NCBI GenBank assembly: GCA_964016885.1
Contig: OZ024740.1
Location: 178,808,001-178,872,000, forward strand
Source of the DNA: Eledone cirrhosa
Lineage: Eukaryota
DNA: 64,000 nt
Direction: 5' to 3'
Shown here: piece after piece, positions 47,634-61,145 of the stretch
Layout of the letters: every line of letters begins with the position of its first letter
How positions within the stretch are numbered: the first letter of the stretch is position 1
Notes under the pieces: generated by a model
What the model saw: only the letters and a program-made list of their open reading frames with translations
Told to the model about the DNA's origin: nothing
The model's database searches: none
Position numbers and translations under genes: made by a program

Positions 47634-49000
47634 TTGGGGGGGGGGGCGAAACTATTTTAAGGAGCCTTCATTCCACGGTGTGCATATAGTTTTAAAAAGT
47701 ATTTTAAATAAAATATATGAAAATTAGAGTTATGTGACCACGCCCGTACATCTCGTATACACCCCTCCCCACAATTAAATACCCTTATTTTATATATTAA
47801 TCATATAATCTCCAGCACATATATACTAAATTGGATATGGATATGACAATGAACTGAGAGAAAACCAACAAAGCAAATTTACTTATAAGAATCTAGCCAT
47901 CACAGCAGACAGACATCGGGTAAGTTGCAGAGCTGCTGCTGCCATTGTTAATGCAGCTTTGAGAGATATGGGAATTTTCAATGATACAAATATGCTAGGT
48001 AAGAAAGGAATTGAAAGAGAAAGAAAAAGAGTTGGAAAAACAATATTATTAAAATGAAAACAGAAAATACAAAGCTCGACTGCGTCGGTTTTGGTAGCAG
48101 AAAGGATAACACTAAAACAGCAAGAGGGATGGAAACTGAAGAGCACTATGCTATTGTGAAAGAGCCCGCTGATGAGTATTTAGATCACGTTACGCCAGGT
48201 AATATAAAAGCTTGTTGCATTGCAGAAGCATTTATTGCTTTTTTAATTGATTCTGACAGTCAAGAACGTTTAAATGCTCTATTATGTGATGACACTCCAG
48301 TAAACACTGATCATTTAAGAGGGGTAATTAAAATAATTGAATTATACTTAAATAAACCACCCCAGTGGCTGATATGTTTGCTACATACCATATCTCCTAC
48401 CTGTCATAGCCAAGGAGTTGACCATGCTTCAATTTAGTGACATATGCTTCTGAAGTCAAAATAGGCTACGGAAATAGACACAAGTTCATATTAAATGTAT
48501 AGAAATCAAGATAAATATTACCTCACTTCGACTGGAAAAGACAATGGTCATTTAATTAAATAGTTAATACTATTAATGCTTATTTTATGGTGTTCACTGT
48601 TCATTTATTTCGTTTGAGGTTCGTGCATACATTTTTTTATTGCATATCATAATAGTATTTAAGAATTAACATCATTTATACATTGAAAGTACTTTTCTTA
48701 ATATAGTCTTTTTTTAATTAAAATAATTAATACAAACTATATAAATAAATAGACTCGAATAACTGTTTTTTTTCAAGTGTGTGTGTGGGGGTTCATATAA
48801 TTTATAAAAAGTTATATAGGTAATATTTAACCAATACAAAGCATTAAAACAAGTTTGCAGTTCCTTAAATTTTCAGTATTCAAAACTCAGTATGTAGGGG
48901 TGATGGCATACTTTTTAAAATTTGTTAATTTATTTCTCACAGCCAGAATGAACACCAAGCAATATGTGGAATCAGAATATAAAATTTCGACCTCCCCTAA
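47634..49000 (+). mobile_element. Internally deleted hATm-like DNA transposon
   Basis: Transposase remnants ADRHRVSCRAAAAI, F(G)SRKD.T, EEHY..KEP..YLDH.TP, CDDT.VNT, QWLICLLH. Right end TTTCGACCTCCCCTAA with a degenerate G-rich left counterpart. Confidence 0.65.
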
Positions 49001-49618
49001 TATATATATATATTAGAGAGAAGCATATGTCACTAAATTGAAGCATGCTCGTCTCATTGGCTATGACAGGGAAGAGATATGGTATGTAGCAAGCATATCA
49101 GCCACTGAAGTGGTTTATTTAAGTATAATTCAATTATATATATGAAAAATGGCGTGCTGCATTGTTGCAATTGGGGAACATATGAATAAAATTAGTCCTT
49201 CATCAGTGATCTTCCAACCGTCATTGGTATTTCTTCGCATTAAATATCATATACCTCTGGTTGATGCGAGCAATAACTAAATAAATTTATTGGGACACGT
49301 AAAATAGGGTGAAGCGAGCGAGACATGTAAACAAACAGAGATGGTAATGCAACGGAAAAAGAGGAAGAGGAGAAACAAGTCCGTGATATCTATGAACTTA
49401 AGTTCGGTGAAATTATAGATGAGAGATACAGACCAATCGAACTGAGTGAGATGTGACCGAGAAAAGGATTTCACACAGGTCAAACGGGAGGAAGTGAGAG
49501 TGGTAGTAGCAGAGAGTGAGTGAGTGAAAGTGTGAGGAAGAGGCCAGCTGAGAGAGAGTGACTGGCTATACCTCTGGTTGGTGCGAGCAATAACTAAAAA
49601 AAAGTGTTATTAATCAGT

Positions 49619-49689
<71 letters not shown>

Positions 49690-50069
49690 TTAATAAAACA
49701 GGTAGACATCATAAAAAGGTAATTTATTCCAAATGTTTCCTTAGTAGTTACACAGCCTAGTCATGCTATATGCAAATTGGTATTTATTAATTTGCAGATA
49801 CTCAATTTTCAAATGCTGTTCGTACCACCAATTCTTCAGAACTAATATGCTGGATCTTAGTTTCTTAATATTTCTTAAATCATTCTTTATCGACACTCCG
49901 GAATATAGAAGAATCGGAAACCAAGTTTCTTTAACTCTTCTTTTGTAACTCGTTGAGTAATCCCGCACCGTACGTCGACTCTATCTAGTGTAGTAATTAA
50001 CCATTACTGCATTCAGGATAATCCTAAGCATTTCTTGCATAACCTAATATATATATATATATATATATA

Positions 50070-52074
50070 CCTGACAAACATAGGACTAGCTTCATACAAC
50101 TAGACATCAACAATTGCTACTCCTCTATCTCGCCCACAGTCCTGAACAAGGCACTCATATTCGCGACGAGGTCCGAATCATACACGCCGCCAGAAAGACC
50201 CTGATCCGATTCGGTGGGGACATATGGACCCGGAGCGAGTGGCCAAATAATTTTGACATTACAGTGACTCCGCGCAGCTAACGGACTTGGTTGGGATATA
50301 CATACTCTACGAGATCAGGAGAGAAATACCCAACCTGGGTGGCGGGCTGTACCGAGACGACGACGCACTCTTCACCGTAGTGGACCACAGCATCACAATG
50401 GTCGAAAATATGAAGAGGAGAATTAGGCACTTCTTTAGCAAGGTAGAACTTAAGGTAGAGATGGAACCCTATAGAAAAGTAGTGAATTTCCTGGGCACCA
50501 CCCTCAACCTCAACACCAAGCTACACCACCCATATCATAAACCCAATGAGAAGCTGGTGTATATCAACGCTGGGTCCAATCACCCTAGATCTATAGTATA
50601 GGCCGTAGTTAAGAGTGTCTCTGACAGGATCTCTAACTTGTCGGCCAATAAAGAGATCTTCAATAGTAACGCTGATTACTATAACTCAGCGCTAGCCAAG
50701 GCGTCCCACAGACATAGGATCAGCTACAACCCTAAGGGACATGATCGAGATGAACCAAGGGTACCCCGGACCAATACACTCAGGGGCATGAGTCGCCCAT
50801 CTAATACCTCGGTGACCAGTAGTAACACTCCCAGACCCCTATCCGTCACCACCCTCGGTAGAAGGTCCCGCATACCCCACCGGTCTAATACCTACAACGC
50901 TGAAGACCACTGTTCTGCGGGGCATAGGCACGCCTGCACCGACCCCAACACCCGCCGAACCCTAATTGAGCAGGGAGGCCGCACCTCGCAGGTTTATAGC
51001 ACACGGTGGGCCCATATAACCCTCATGATAGTGACCGCTCCGCACACCTGAGTGACACCAACCGAGCTCGACCTGAGTTGTGTACAACCACGCGATGGAC
51101 CACGGCGGACACCCAACAAGCCCGAAAGAATAGGACCAGGAAGGTACTCTGTGTGTCTACGTACCAGCCTGGCTAGAACATTCTTTATAATACTGGATAA
51201 ATGTTTCCCTAGGGCCCACAAGTACCATAACATATTCAACAGGCACACGGTGAAACTTTCCTACTCAACCACACGCTCCGTAGCCCAGCACATAGGTGGC
51301 ATAAATAGGAATAGGCTCACTTCCTCTAATACCACCATAAACCCCGGAGCCACCCAACAGAACCAGCACGCGGGACGCACCGGAACCCGGACTGACCCAA
51401 CTAGCACACCGGAACCCAACGACCCTGTGTTGATTGCGGAGGCTACCCAGCCAACTCCGAGTGATGGTAACCACGCGGTACATGTGGGGGCGCTTAAGAA
51501 GTCATGTAAATGCAGATACCCATCACTATGTCCCCTTAGTAATGAATGCATGACGAAAAACGTAGTCTACAGGTGCAAGGTCACAATGCCTAACTCGGAG
51601 CACCATTACATAGGATCCACAGCGACGTGCTTCAAATATCGGTGGTATAACCATCGCCATTCCTTTAACAGAATAGATAAGAGGAAATGTACGGCCCTCT
51701 CTGAATTGATCTGGAAGCTCAAACTTGAAAAGACCTCGCACTCTCTGGTCTGGTCCGTGGTTAGAAAGGTTCCCCCAGACCGAGGCGAGTCTGGTATTTG
51801 CAACCTCTGTCTTAGTGAGACACTCGAGATACTTCATGCCGGAACCAAGCTATTAAACAGAAGGGCCAACTTATTCTGTGCCTGCAGACACCTAAGGACG
51901 GGAACTTTCCTCAAGCTATATGGATTAACCCCGGTTAAGGCCTCCCACAACCCCCCCCCCCCCCCCCCCCCTGTAGGTCCCTTACACCCTGTACCAATTA
52001 CCAATGGACAACAACAACCACCCATTGTTTGTGGTCCCTATGGTGGATGGTCCACCGGATCCTCTACTGGTTAG
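50070..52074 (+). pseudogene. GC-richer Naiad-type PLE RT + GIY-YIG, disrupted
   Basis: FIQLDI..YSSI, GGLYRDD, VNFL, PYHKPN, SNHP, VKLSYS, CKC..CPL..ECM..NVVYRC, HYIGST..FKYRWYNH, CNLCLSE. Stops at 50599 and 51049. Confidence 0.88.
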
Positions 52075-52173
52075 GAGTCATCAAAACCACGTTTTATTGA
52101 ACCTGGTTTTATATATATATGTATATGTATATTATATCTATATGTATATATATTTTATACGTGTATATATGTG

Positions 52174-52221
<48 letters not shown>

Positions 52222-52302
52222 GTGTATTTTATATATATATATGTATGTATATTTTGTGTGTATGTGTATTTTGTATGTGTATATATTTTATATATATATA
52301 TG

Positions 52303-52356
<54 letters not shown>

Positions 52357-53022
52357 TTGTGCGTACACATATATATATATACACACCTGTATGGATTTGT
52401 GTGTGTAGATCTGTGTGTGTCCGAGGGGGTAGGTTTGAGTATATGTACAAGTCAACCAACCTAAGCCTTGTTATTCTAATTTCTCTAAACTATCTAAGTA
52501 TTTGACTCTAACCATTATTTTAAGTATTACCACCCCACATTAATTCCTCAATTTGTATGTGTGGATGTGTGTGTGTGTCTGTGGAGTTGGGTGTAAGTGT
52601 ACGTGCAAGCCAACCTACATAAGTATTTTTATTTGTAAATTTTCTACTCTAATCATAATTTTCAGTAGTACCACTCCACATAAATTCCTCAATTTAAGAA
52701 TGACCTGTAGTATCTATTTCATACTATTAACCGTAATTGAATATTTATCTGATAGGAATGCTTTTTGTGAAAATCAGTCATATGGAACTATTGTCATCTT
52801 GCCTGACGGGTTGAACTTTACAACACCACCTGCCTCTTTGAGGTCAAATACCAACCCTACTAACATCTACAAACTGACCAATGAGAATTAAGACTATTCC
52901 TGCTGACAACATTAAATTACTCCTAATATTAAATTACTCCTAATATAAATTACTCATATATCCCAAGGCTCTGATACCATCAACACCATAAACACAGAGC
53001 TGGCATATCTAAGAACTGACTA

Positions 53023-53078
53023 ACTGCCTGATGAGGTCATAGCCATTCAATGGCTATCATCGAAATATATATAGCAGT
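53023..53078 (+). ncRNA. Hammerhead in the 3' terminal repeat of the 50-53 kb PLE
   Basis: ACUGC-CUGAUGA-G..AUAGCCA uucaa UGGCUAU..C-GAAA-UAUAUA-UA^-GCAGU, ~45 nt before the (TA)n junction. Confidence 0.85.
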
Positions 53079-53123
53079 AAATAAAGGATTACGAGTTAAT
53101 ACAATTGACTTATGTTTCGTCAC

Positions 53124-53197
<74 letters not shown>

Positions 53198-54067
53198 TGA
53201 ATATATACATATTTATACATACATATTTATGTATGGGTAGAAAAAGAGTTGGTAGTGCATCAAAACTGCAATAAATAAGCAGGCACACAAACTCTCACAC
53301 ACACACACACACACAAAATATATATACGTGTGTATTTGTGTGTGCGTGTGTATGCATGTGTACATGTATAGAGATGCAAAATTGTTCTTTTTCTTCAAAT
53401 AAAAGCGTAACAAATTATTTAAACAAACACCTAAAATGTATTGAAAATGAATGGAACTGTAATTATGGAAAGTTATTTATAGGAATGGACAAGAGTCTTG
53501 AGTTCTTCTCATTACTGTCACTGCAATTTACTTCAATACGGCTCCAAGTCTACAATCATCTGTAAAACGGAATGGATTTAAACTTAAGAGAAATTATTTC
53601 TTTCCTTTCGTTTTCCCAGTAGTAAAATAAAAGGAAACAAAATATTGTGATGTCTGAATCAATGTTCGAGGAAATGAGATATAACAATGCAGCATTTCTT
53701 TTATTTCTTTTTTTATTATATTTACTGTTAGATTGTGACAAAAGGTGTTAGGGAAAAGTGAATATTCCCTAAATAATTTACATTTCAAGCAAGGATTTCA
53801 GTTCCGATTTGAAACGATGTGATTTCATTGATGGCAATGATGTTTTCCTTTTTAATATTGTTTCCAGATCGTTGCAAAAACAATTCGATTCCAATTGTTT
53901 AGTATATCTACACGTGGTAAAACATGCCAGATCACTGTCTAAAATTACGGAAATATAAGTTTTTATTACACACATTCTTACATGCATATACACATATACA
54001 CACGCTCCCTCACACACATACACAAACTCTCTCGCTCACATACAGAAATATAGATATATTTACCATC

Positions 54068-54253
54068 AAATCTTTTAGGATTATCAGGTTTCGCATCTGA
54101 ATTATCTTGATGACTGTGATTGACTGTCTCAAGTGTACATACTCAACAACAAAATAGAGGTTAATATTTTCATTATTGTTATTCTGGGATGCCTTCGTTG
54201 TAATCACAGTCATCAAGATTCTTTATATGCGAAACCTGACAATCTTAAAAGAT
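54068..54253. repeat. Small imperfect inverted repeat (MITE-like)
   Basis: 54068-54121 is inverted at 54202-54253. Confidence 0.55.
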
Positions 54254-54361
54254 GTTGAAGTTAAGATCAAGAGAGTGTTTGGTTTTAGTGAGTAAATAAT
54301 ACCACGTATGTTTTGTGATGCGAATACATACCATAATTAAGATAAAATAGCCTCTACGTCA

Positions 54362-54550
54362 TTAATAATTGTTTCTACTTTAGGCACAAGGCCAGCAATT
54401 ACCCAGTTCATTACTGGTACTTTATTTTATCGACCCCGTAAGGATGAAAGGCAAAGTCAACCTCGGCGGGATTTGAACTCAGATCGCAAAGGGACGTAAC
54501 TATGCTGGAAAGCATGGCGTCCGACCCTCTACCGATACTGCCAATCCATT
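54362..54550 (-). mobile_element. Deu/Nin-like SINE
   Basis: Reverse complement of 12345-12525. Flanking CATTAATAAT duplication. Confidence 0.85.
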
Positions 54551-54599
54551 AATAATGCAATTTACTTGGAAGTGAAGTCCATTAATGGTTGAAATGGAG

Positions 54600-56000
54600 A
54601 AGCTAATTCTTTGTTAGAATGTAATCCGAATGAAATTTCAATTGACACCAATAATATTATGATCAAAACTATTTGCATTTCTTCTTTACAGGGGGAAAAC
54701 GCACATGATGGTGTGTCTGCAAAACTTTATGCCTACAAAAGTTGGTTACGAAATGAAAAGCCTAAACATGACAGTAAAATAAAGGGTAGATGTTGCACTT
54801 ACATAACTTGCAGACTACAAGACAATATTCGAAAGAAAATTATTACAAAGATCATAAAATGTTCAACGCATACAGAATCGATGTTTTCGGGGACAAATAT
54901 GCTATAAATCCTCTTTATGAAAAACACCGGGGGAAATATTGCAGCCTTTTAACAAAATATCAAAACCGTCGCTTATCACAATGTAGAGAATATTTTCGAA
55001 TTAAATTCAATCTTTATTTGGCAAATTGTTAATCCGAGGTATTTAAAGTATGTACTCAGAAATCTCTTACGGTCATTTGGCAATGAAATTAAAAATATAC
55101 TGGAGTCCCTAAATTATTGTTGAACACTTTGAAATATGGCGTACTTTATTTCCAAAGTTGAAAGTTATTCGATCGAAATAGTTTAGTTTTCGAAATAGTT
55201 TGATTCATGATAAGACTTCTGGTCCTCTTAACACAAAGATGATCGTGCTAATATGCCGCATCTATTTTCACAAATAAATACAACACCGTTGTTTAAACCG
55301 TCCTATTATACTCAAAGAACTTTCTCACATACAAATTACAACGGGAGTATATGCTATTACTCTTTAAGAACCTTTGAAACAATTTAATATTAAACAAGCA
55401 ATTAAAAATATTTCCGAGATAACGGAAGTATTAACAGTCAGCTGTATAAAATAGTATAGCAAAATCGTTTGTTTGAATATACTGATGATTGTAGAAGCGT
55501 TAAAAATTCAAAAATGAAGTCTTTGATGAAAATTGCTTGCGTTGGAAGAGATCTTGGCTTCAAGGATATTTATTCAGGAAATTATATCTTTGAAATCGAA
55601 CATCAACAGGCATATGAAAAAAGAAAAGTTTAGAATAAAGAATATGAAGAACGGGGAAAAGGTCTCTGAAGGAAATAACAACGAATGAACTTGATACAAT
55701 TTTTCGGGATATAGAATCGGCCAAAGAACGATTAATGAATATCGATTTGAATGTCGCCAGAAATATGCTCGTTCGCCAAGGTTTAGATAAACAAATTGCG
55801 TGTTATCGCAAAATATATGCAGAGAAAGAAACATAAAACAAAATAATAAAACTGTTCAAATGGCTTTCGATATAATTTTAATGAAAAAATAAACGATTTG
55901 CAGCGATTCCAAATTCCATTTTTATTTTTCAGCATTAATTATACATCTTCATATAGATTATTAAATTTGATTAACGCCGTTATACGCGGAAAACCCTGGG
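54600..56000 (+). mobile_element. Possible ancient pogo/Tigger transposase remnant
   Basis: Faint NTTPLFKP (cf. PNTTSLIQP) near 55275 and CYRKIYAEK..KTVQ near 55800. No intact ORF. Confidence 0.3.
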
Positions 56001-56053
56001 GGAAATATTAATCACATTAAACAAGTTATATATAAATATAAATGAATAAATAA

Positions 56054-56090
<37 letters not shown>

Positions 56091-56191
56091 CACACACTCA
56101 TATAGATATATATACAAAAATATCTCATACATATACTCACATACATACATATTATATATGTATATATATATATACTTATATATATACATAT

Positions 56192-56276
<85 letters not shown>

Positions 56277-56754
56277 TGTGTGTTTGTTTTTATACTAAGC
56301 GACTATAGATCCATCTTTACTCCTAGGCTCTTGGTAATCCAGTCCTATGTCTGTGTTTATACTGTTTTACACGTTAAGACACGATTACTGATATATTATT
56401 TGAAATCTGCTTTGCTTTTTCGTTCTACAGTTTTATTTTTGTTCCTTATTTGTAATTGTTTTATTGTTGCTATTTTTCTTATGTACATTTAAATGATACA
56501 AGTATATATTTGTCTCAAAACATCGGCGCCATATTCCTTCATTATCATTTTGTTAATTTTTCTTATTTGTGTTACAAATGATGTATCTGACTAGCTAATT
56601 AATCATGTTCCAAGAAAATTGTACAACACAAGCTACACTAGCTTTAACAGTGCCAGCATCTTTAACGACAACAACAATTATAACACGATCACGAGGACAG
56701 ACACTACCGTCACGTTACGTGTGTAGCAATACACATAAAATTGATAATTTTAAT

Positions 56755-57180
56755 AAAAGTTTCTAACTTGGGTAGAAGGCCAACAATTTGAGTGAGGGGA
56801 ACAGCCGTTAAATCTACCCCAGTACTCCATTGGTACGTTAGGTTGTCGACCCTGGAAGGATGAAATGGAAATTTGAACTCAGGAGTAGCATGAATGTATG
56901 CATCGAATTTATTTGTACGACACTGTAACAATTCCGCCAGTAATAATAATAATGATTTCTACTATAGGTACAAGGCCAGTAATTTGGGGGGAAGGGAAAG
57001 TCGATTAAATCGACCTCAGTACGTTACTGATGCTTTATTTTATCCACCCCGTAAGGATGAAAGGCAAAGCTAACCTCGGCGGGATTTGAATTCAGAACGT
57101 AAAAGGAGATAACTCTATCCCACAAAGCATGGAGTCTGACACTGTACCGATATTGCCAGTCCACCGACCTAATAATAATA
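56755..57180 (-). mobile_element. Two older Deu/Nin-like SINE copies (a further one near 13170-13310)
   Basis: CCCCGTAAGGATGAAAGGCAAAG..ACCTCGGCGGGATTTGAA core with (TAA) tails. Confidence 0.65.
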
Positions 57181-57499
57181 ACAATAATAATATATTTTAT
57201 AAAGGTAAAGCTGTTTCTCCGTTTGTCAGCCGTCACAACATATATTTACTATGAAGGGGAAAAGGGGCAGACCCTGGGAATAATGACCAGGAAAACATTA
57301 TTCAACCTATGAATAGAGACACCCCTGAACATAATGTGGATGTAAGTAATTTAGAACATGAAGTAAATTATATTTGAGCGGAAACTCGAGTAGCAGAAAG
57401 TAAGACTGAACCTGAAGCTGCAATGGCTATCGTATTTGCTGAAGTCATTATTTGAGGCAAATAACGATATCTTGAGAGATTTTGATATTTCTAAACACT

Positions 57500-59340
57500 T
57501 AGATGTGAATGAGAGAGATCAATGACCAAAGATTTAGAACACCAAACTAAATTGCTGTACAGTCAAAATATATGACTATCCCCTAAATCAGCTTCTTCTT
57601 GAAATTGAAAGAGATATAATTTAATTAAAGCATGTTATATACACATCTATTGTTGTCACAAAGAAAGTAGGCATCAAAATGAAGAAGAAATGTCCCCACA
57701 CAAAGCCCAATGCAGCCAAGATGGAAAGGGCCCATAAAGAAGGAAATTGCTTCCAAGGGGAAATTTCGATCTTAGAGGAACTCTCCAAAATAAATAATGT
57801 AAACATGATTATGGCTGGAAAGTTGAAACGAAAGTACAATTTAATAAACATGAATGAAGTCTTGGGAGCAAAAAAGAGGTGGTTAAGCAAAAACTCCAGG
57901 TGAAGGCCCAACGCTTACGCAAATACGAAAAGAGAAACAGATTTTATAGACAAAATAAGATATTAAAATCTGATACTAAGAAATTCTACAGAGATCTAAG
58001 GAAAGAGACGATCGATGTAAAAGACCCACCTGATATTAAAGACATATAGACGTTTTGGAAAAGCATATGGAACGAAAGAAAGGAATTTAACGAGGAATCT
58101 GAATAAGTAGGGAGGGATGAAGAAAGAATGGTTGGGATTAAAAAACATGGGTGGTATGATATTACAGTGCAGTAATTAACTCAGGCCCTTCTAAAAATCA
58201 AAAGTGAATATCCCCTGGACTTGATAAAGTTAAAAGCTTCTGCCTAAGTACCTTCGCATCATCTCACCACCAGCTGATGGTATGTTTCTCCGATATTAGC
58301 AGAAACACTGAAATGATGCCAAGCTGGCTCACATTAGGGATAGCATACCTTATCTCTAACACGAACGAAACAAAAATTCCGAAAGCTTACAGGCCGGTTA
58401 CTTTTTCAACAACAATGTACTAAATACTTGTATCCCTCTTCTGTCTTTCCCTCATTCCATTGAATAGAACACATTACGGGTAAAATATGTTTGATAAAGT
58501 CATCTCACACTTGTTCTACATGGATGATCTGAAATTATATGCAAAAGATGATCAGATTCTGAAAAGACTATTGCTAACTGTGAAAATGTTCAGTGATAAT
58601 ATCAATATAGTATTTGGCCTGGATAAATTTTGCAAAAGGTACATTTAAACGCGGTAAATTGACAGCTAATACTTTCATCCAACTTGATAATCATACAATG
58701 ATCAAGGATCTGGATCAAGAAGACTTTTAAGTATCTTGATGCAAATGAAGGGAAAAGGATTCAACACGAGTCAATAAATGAGAAGATCATGAAATGATGC
58801 TAGACACGTGTTAGAATGGTGCCGAATATTGAATTAAACTTCCAGAAAAGAATTGAAGCTATAACCCCAGCAACACCAACACCTGGGTTGTACCTTTTGT
58901 CGCCTATAGCCATAATGTCATCAAATGGAATTTGAGTGAACTCCAGCATAAAGATTATGAATGTGCAGACATTAAACAGGATTAATCACCCAAAATCAGA
59001 TGTCGATACACTCTACCTCCCTTGAAACGTCCTATAAAACGACTACGATAGGACTCAAAATGTTCATCCAAACTAACACCGACAGAATGATACATTTGGT
59101 AAGAGAACATGAGCAGTGTAAAAAATTGCACTCAATCTCAAAGGAGGCATATACATACAGACAAGAACTTAATCTCTCTGATCATGATGATGATAATGAC
59201 AAAAAACATGCATGCTAATTGATATGACGGTGCTCACTGATAGAAACATCTTAGCAAGAACACTTGAAATACTATCTAAATACAAGAACCTTCAGATTAG
59301 TTATATAGGATATGGCAATTAATAAGTAAAACCATGCCTC
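57500..59340 (+). pseudogene. Heavily decayed third R4/Dong-like LINE
   Basis: KQKLQVKAQRLRKYEKRNRFYRQNK, YRPVT, SHLFYMDDLKLYAK, HPKSDVD.LY, MLIDMTV.TD.N..KY in shifting frames. Confidence 0.75.
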
Positions 59341-59357
59341 TCACTTTTTTTCGCACT

Positions 59358-59700
59358 GGTTGCTGTCGAGACCTCAGGCGTTCTCGGACACTATACTGCC
59401 GATTTCCTCCGCCAAAATCGGAACGTCAGAGGTCTACCTGAAAAAGGATCCCCGCGAGGTGGAGTCGCTTTTGCAGCGGGTGTCAGTGGCCATTACGGTC
59501 CTGTCTGCGGGGCGCAGCCACAACACCAGCTCACCCTAGGCCCCGAGCCCATCACCCCTTCCCTCTACCATTCTTCTGAGGACCTAGAGCCCTTGATTTT
59601 CCCTTCCTTTTCCGTTTTTAAATATTAGGAATGTTGTATCTCCTGCTGTTAATAAACTAAAACAAGATTTACTTAAACAAATAAATAAATAATATAAAAC
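59358..59700 (+). mobile_element. 3' fragment of a CRE-like RLE retrotransposon
   Basis: GC-rich island encoding AVETSGVLG ... LLQRVSVAI, followed by an A-rich tail. Confidence 0.45.
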
Positions 59701-60728
59701 AAGGCCATTCTCCTGTATGTGGAAATGTGAAAATACAATGGAGCTTTAGTATACATATATTATTCTATATGGCGAAAAGGAAAATGACATACTAAATAGT
59801 GAGTGGTAATGGTAATGCCCCTACATAATGTAAAACACTCTATGCAACGTATTCGAAACAACATCGAACAAATTAAAAAAACTCTAATTGGAAATATTCT
59901 ACACAATAAACGAAGCACATTATAACAACAGAAACGACAAAATAAATCCTAAAACTGGAAACCAAAACTTGTATTGTGTACAGATGCAAATCTAATCTAC
60001 AGTTCCAAACCACACATTACTGCATGAACATTAAGAATACGGTGGTCCACCTATTGCTGCATTAGATTCTCACATAAAAACTGTTGTAAACATGATAATA
60101 ATAATACTTAAATGAGTATGATGATGAAGAAGAAGAAAAAGAAGAAGTAGGGGGAAGAGAAGAATGAGGAGAAGGAGGAAGAGGAGGAGGAGGATGAGAG
60201 GGAGGAGGCGGAGGAGGAGGGGAAAATCAAGAAGAAAAAGAAAATCAAGAAGAAGAAGAAACAGAAGAAGAAGAAGAGTCGAAATACCAAATACTATATA
60301 ACAAAATGAATGCTATCCGTAAGACACACATATAACAACCAGTTACATAATTTCAGCCATTATGACCAGACAAACAAATAACTCTTGCATGGTAAACACC
60401 AGTTGAGAAGAATTCGATCGTTTATAGCGGCGTCTTACAGTCTTCAACAGGGAAAACATTTTTTCTCCCATTTTACGACACCCAAAAGTCTGTAACTTTG
60501 TTATTCAACTTGTAAGAAAATTTAGTAATAAATAAAAGCACAAATAAATAAAATAAGTTACATTTCGTAGAAATAGCTGTACATACTAATTATATTTTTA
60601 CATACACATACACGTAAAGCAAAGTCATTCATTTAAATGCATACACATATAAAGACGTACGCATGAATATAACCGTAGATGTATGGAATTAATGATCCCG
60701 GTCACAATCTATCTATCTATCTATCTAT

Positions 60729-61145
60729 CTGGCCAACAACTGGTCCGTTTCTTCCGATATCATTTCGGTAGAAGGATCAGGATGGAGAGAGAGGTGCTGC
60801 ACCCCAGCCGTTTTTATGAAAGATGGGTGAAAGTGGCGAGAATGGCCCGTGTGAATGGGCCTTCACTCTACATCAGACTATAGGTGAGGAAGATGAAAGA
60901 CCAAGGGAGCACCCCTTCTCTGTGCTTTTGAGGAAAAGGGTTGCACACATTTTTCGGGAGTGAGTGCGACCCCCCAAGGCGCCTCCTCTCTATTGAGGAC
61001 TTTGTTATAAATTTTATTTTTGTTATATTTTATTTTATTTTTATATATTGTTATTGCCTCCTCCTTATTGAGGACGCCTTGTTTTGTAAACTCCCCCCAT
61101 TGTACTTGTCCCACTTTTGATGCCCTGGTGGCAAATAAAAGAAAC
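60729..61145 (+). mobile_element. 5'-truncated relative of the 6.4-12.1 kb L1/Tx1 element, again inside (TATC)n
   Basis: SGQQLV.FF.YHF.RRIRMEREVL.PS.FYERWVKVARMARVNGPSL matches 11710-11860. Same 3' end AAATAAA.AGAAAC. TATC repeats on both sides. Confidence 0.9.

Noticed and set aside
51049-51051. In-frame TGA as selenocysteine (some Naiad PLEs encode selenoproteins)
   Set aside because: It is not at a conserved Cys, the copy also has a TAG and frameshifts, and I recognised no SECIS. Ordinary decay is simpler.
54068-54253. Hammerhead in the small inverted repeat
   Set aside because: The TGATGA and GAAAC-like parts lie on opposite strands.
55481-55540. CTGATGA...GAAA as a hammerhead
   Set aside because: No supporting stems I-III.
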